The translations under genes were made by a program, and so were the position numbers. The notes under the pieces were generated by a model that was not told the origin of the DNA, made no database searches, and was given only the letters and a program-made list of their open reading frames with translations. DNA of 64,000 bases from Methanobacteriota archaeon (GTDB lineage Archaea; Thermoplasmatota; Poseidoniia; Poseidoniales; Thalassarchaeaceae), in contig PBUX01000064.1 of the NCBI GenBank assembly GCA_002728565.1, forward strand, positions 29,529 through 93,528, read 5' to 3'. This document shows, piece after piece, positions 62,185 through 64,000 of the stretch (position 1 is the stretch's first letter; each line of letters starts with the position of its first letter).

Positions 62185-64000
62185 ATGTCCGGAGCCGAGC
62201 TTTTCTTACGAACGTCATGGGCAGCCGTCTTCACAGTCTTTGTGCTCGCAGGATCCCCGTCTACTGGTATGGCTCAAGACGAGCCTGTGCGCACCGTCGA
62301 CCTAGAGATGTATCTAGACCTGGAAAGTGTCTCAGGTCCGCAGATTGCTCCCGATGGATCAGAGATTGTGTATACCCGGGGTTGGGTTGATAAGATGAAT
62401 GATCGGCGGGAATCGTCGATTTGGATCATGAATGCTGATGGATCTAAGAACCGATTCCTGGTGGATGGTTCAGGGCCAATCTGGTCTCCGGATGGCACGA
62501 GAATCGCCTACACAGCGACTGGCGATCCTGAAGGCACACAGATTTTTGTTAGATGGATGGATGACGAGGGTGCCACGAGTCAGGTCACACGGCTTGAGTC
62601 CAGCCCCGGGGGGATTCGCTGGTCGCCCAATGGGGAGCACCTATCGTTTTCAATGAACGTCGACGCGGAACCAGCGTTTATGGTGACCCCTCCAGGGCGT
62701 CCCGATGGAGCCACGTGGGTAGAATCTCCTCGGGTGGTGACACGAGCTGACTATAGACAAGATCGGGTTGGGTTTGTGGATGGGGCCTGGAGGCACCTGT
62801 TCGTTGTGCCTGCCGAGGGAGGCACGGCACGACAGTTAACGGATGGGGACTGGAACCACTCTACGGGGGAGTGGACGCCAGATGGTGCGGAGCTAGTCTT
62901 CTCCTCGCTTCGAACTGAGGATTCAGAACTCGCTTGGCGTCAGTCCGAGGTCTACGCCGTAGACGTAGCATCGGGCGGGATCCGTCAACTGACTCGTCGC
63001 AACGGTCAAGATTTTTCCCCTCTGCCTTCGCCTCGTGGGGACCTGATAGCGTATAGAGGCAGCGACTGGCATGATGACACATACCGGAACGCGGGCATCT
63101 ATGTGATGGAGCGTGATGGGGACAGCCCTCGCCTCATTTCAGGCGACTTTGATCGATCCATTAACGGAATGCAGTGGGCAGCAGACGGAAGCGGGCTGTA
63201 CTTGACTGTAAGCTCGGAAGGAACCCGAAATCTGCATTTCGCCTCAGTGAGTGGCGGAGTGGAAGCAATTTCCGAAGGCGAGCACATGTTCGCTTTAAGT
63301 TCGTTTACTGCCGACGGCCAGGCGGTGGGCACATACACGAGCCCCCAGGTGCCGTCGGACATCGTCGCCTTCGATCTCGACAACGCGAACGACCGGACGC
63401 AGCTGACGCATGTCAACGAAGACGTGCTCGGTGGGGTAACGTTTGGCGAAGTTGAAGAGGTCTGGTACGAGTCCGTCGAAGACTTCAACATTCAGGGTTG
63501 GATTATCCACCCTCCGGGCTTCGATCCGAATAAGAAATACCCGCTCATGCTGGCGATCCACGGCGGTCCACACGGCATGTACAACGTGGGCTTCAACTTT
63601 GGATGGCAGGAACACGCGGCGAATGGTTACGTGGTATTGTATACGAACCCACGAGGGAGTTCTGGCTATGGGAGCGCTTTCGGTAATTCGATTAAGCGTG
63701 CATACCCTGGCAAGGATTTCGATGACCTGATGGCAGGTGTCGACCTAGTGGTGGATCGTGGATACATCGACGAAGAAAACATGTTCGTGTATGGATGCTC
63801 AGGGGGTGGGGTTCTCACGTCTTGGGTCGTGGGCCACACGGATCGTTTCGCGGCGGCTTCGGCTAACTGTCCCGTGACAAACTGGCTTTCGTTTGTCGGT
63901 ACGACGGACGGGATCGGCTGGTACCGCAATTTCGATAATTTCCCGTGGGATGACCCGAGCGAACACCTTCGTCGCTCTCCTTTGATGTATGTTGGAAACG
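62185..64000 (+). CDS. S9 family serine peptidase (TolB-like beta-propeller plus prolyl-oligopeptidase/acylaminoacyl-peptidase domain), 3' end outside the window
   Basis: Open frame from the ATG at 62185 to the window edge with no stop, so it is absent from the ORF track. Signal peptide. A GxSxG nucleophile elbow 'YGCSGGG' is present, and 'MLAIHGGPH' matches S9 family motifs. Confidence 0.75.
   Translation, partial: MSGAELFLRTSWAAVFTVFVLAGSPSTGMAQDEPVRTVDLEMYLDLESVSGPQIAPDGSEIVYTRGWVDKMNDRRESSIWIMNADGSKNRFLVDGSGPIWSPDGTRIAYTATGDPEGTQIFVRWMDDEGATSQVTRLESSPGGIRWSPNGEHLSFSMNVDAEPAFMVTPPGRPDGATWVESPRVVTRADYRQDRVGFVDGAWRHLFVVPAEGGTARQLTDGDWNHSTGEWTPDGAELVFSSLRTEDSELAWRQSEVYAVDVASGGIRQLTRRNGQDFSPLPSPRGDLIAYRGSDWHDDTYRNAGIYVMERDGDSPRLISGDFDRSINGMQWAADGSGLYLTVSSEGTRNLHFASVSGGVEAISEGEHMFALSSFTADGQAVGTYTSPQVPSDIVAFDLDNANDRTQLTHVNEDVLGGVTFGEVEEVWYESVEDFNIQGWIIHPPGFDPNKKYPLMLAIHGGPHGMYNVGFNFGWQEHAANGYVVLYTNPRGSSGYGSAFGNSIKRAYPGKDFDDLMAGVDLVVDRGYIDEENMFVYGCSGGGVLTSWVVGHTDRFAAASANCPVTNWLSFVGTTDGIGWYRNFDNFPWDDPSEHLRRSPLMYVGN

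Overview
GC-rich (~57-60%) bacterial chromosomal segment that spans the replication origin. Gene order is dnaN<-dnaA<-|oriC|->rpmH-rnpA-yidD-yidC-mnmE-mnmG-parA-parB (about 38.3-49.4 kb), with a perfect parS palindrome and a cluster of DnaA boxes. Taxon cannot be assigned from sequence alone; the gene content (PSCyt/DUF1592-DUF1552 pairs, many secreted peptidases) is reminiscent of Planctomycetota/Verrucomicrobiota/Gemmatimonadota-like genomes. The most unusual content is a tandemly duplicated three-gene periplasmic cassette at 6.2-18.2 kb. Each copy encodes a large DUF1592/'Planctomycete cytochrome c' protein with two CxxCH motifs, a Tat-exported DUF1552 (HxxSHH) protein, and a signal-peptide ankyrin-repeat protein with a conserved C-terminal NHNC(L/V)SC tail. 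The cassette sits directly downstream of katG. A second strong signal is a PrxQ/BCP-type peroxiredoxin gene (30350-30976, minus strand) whose peroxidatic cysteine codon is an in-frame UGA, with a hairpin that could be a SECIS element 15 nt downstream, so it is probably a selenoprotein. It lies beside a ccdA-tlpA periplasmic thiol-redox pair. Other content: DUF4212+Na/solute symporter pair, tyrS, purE, greA, pyrE, lipA-pdhABC, an M23 peptidase-bactofilin pair after parAB, a Nif3 homologue, tRNA-Ala(UGC), a CGNR zinc-finger regulator whose AT-rich divergent promoter carries four periodic TAACnGTTA palindromes, and a large repertoire of secreted peptidases (S51, M28, M20, M14 x2, M23, M50-like, S9, two amidohydrolases). 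No CRISPR array, transposase or integrase was seen.
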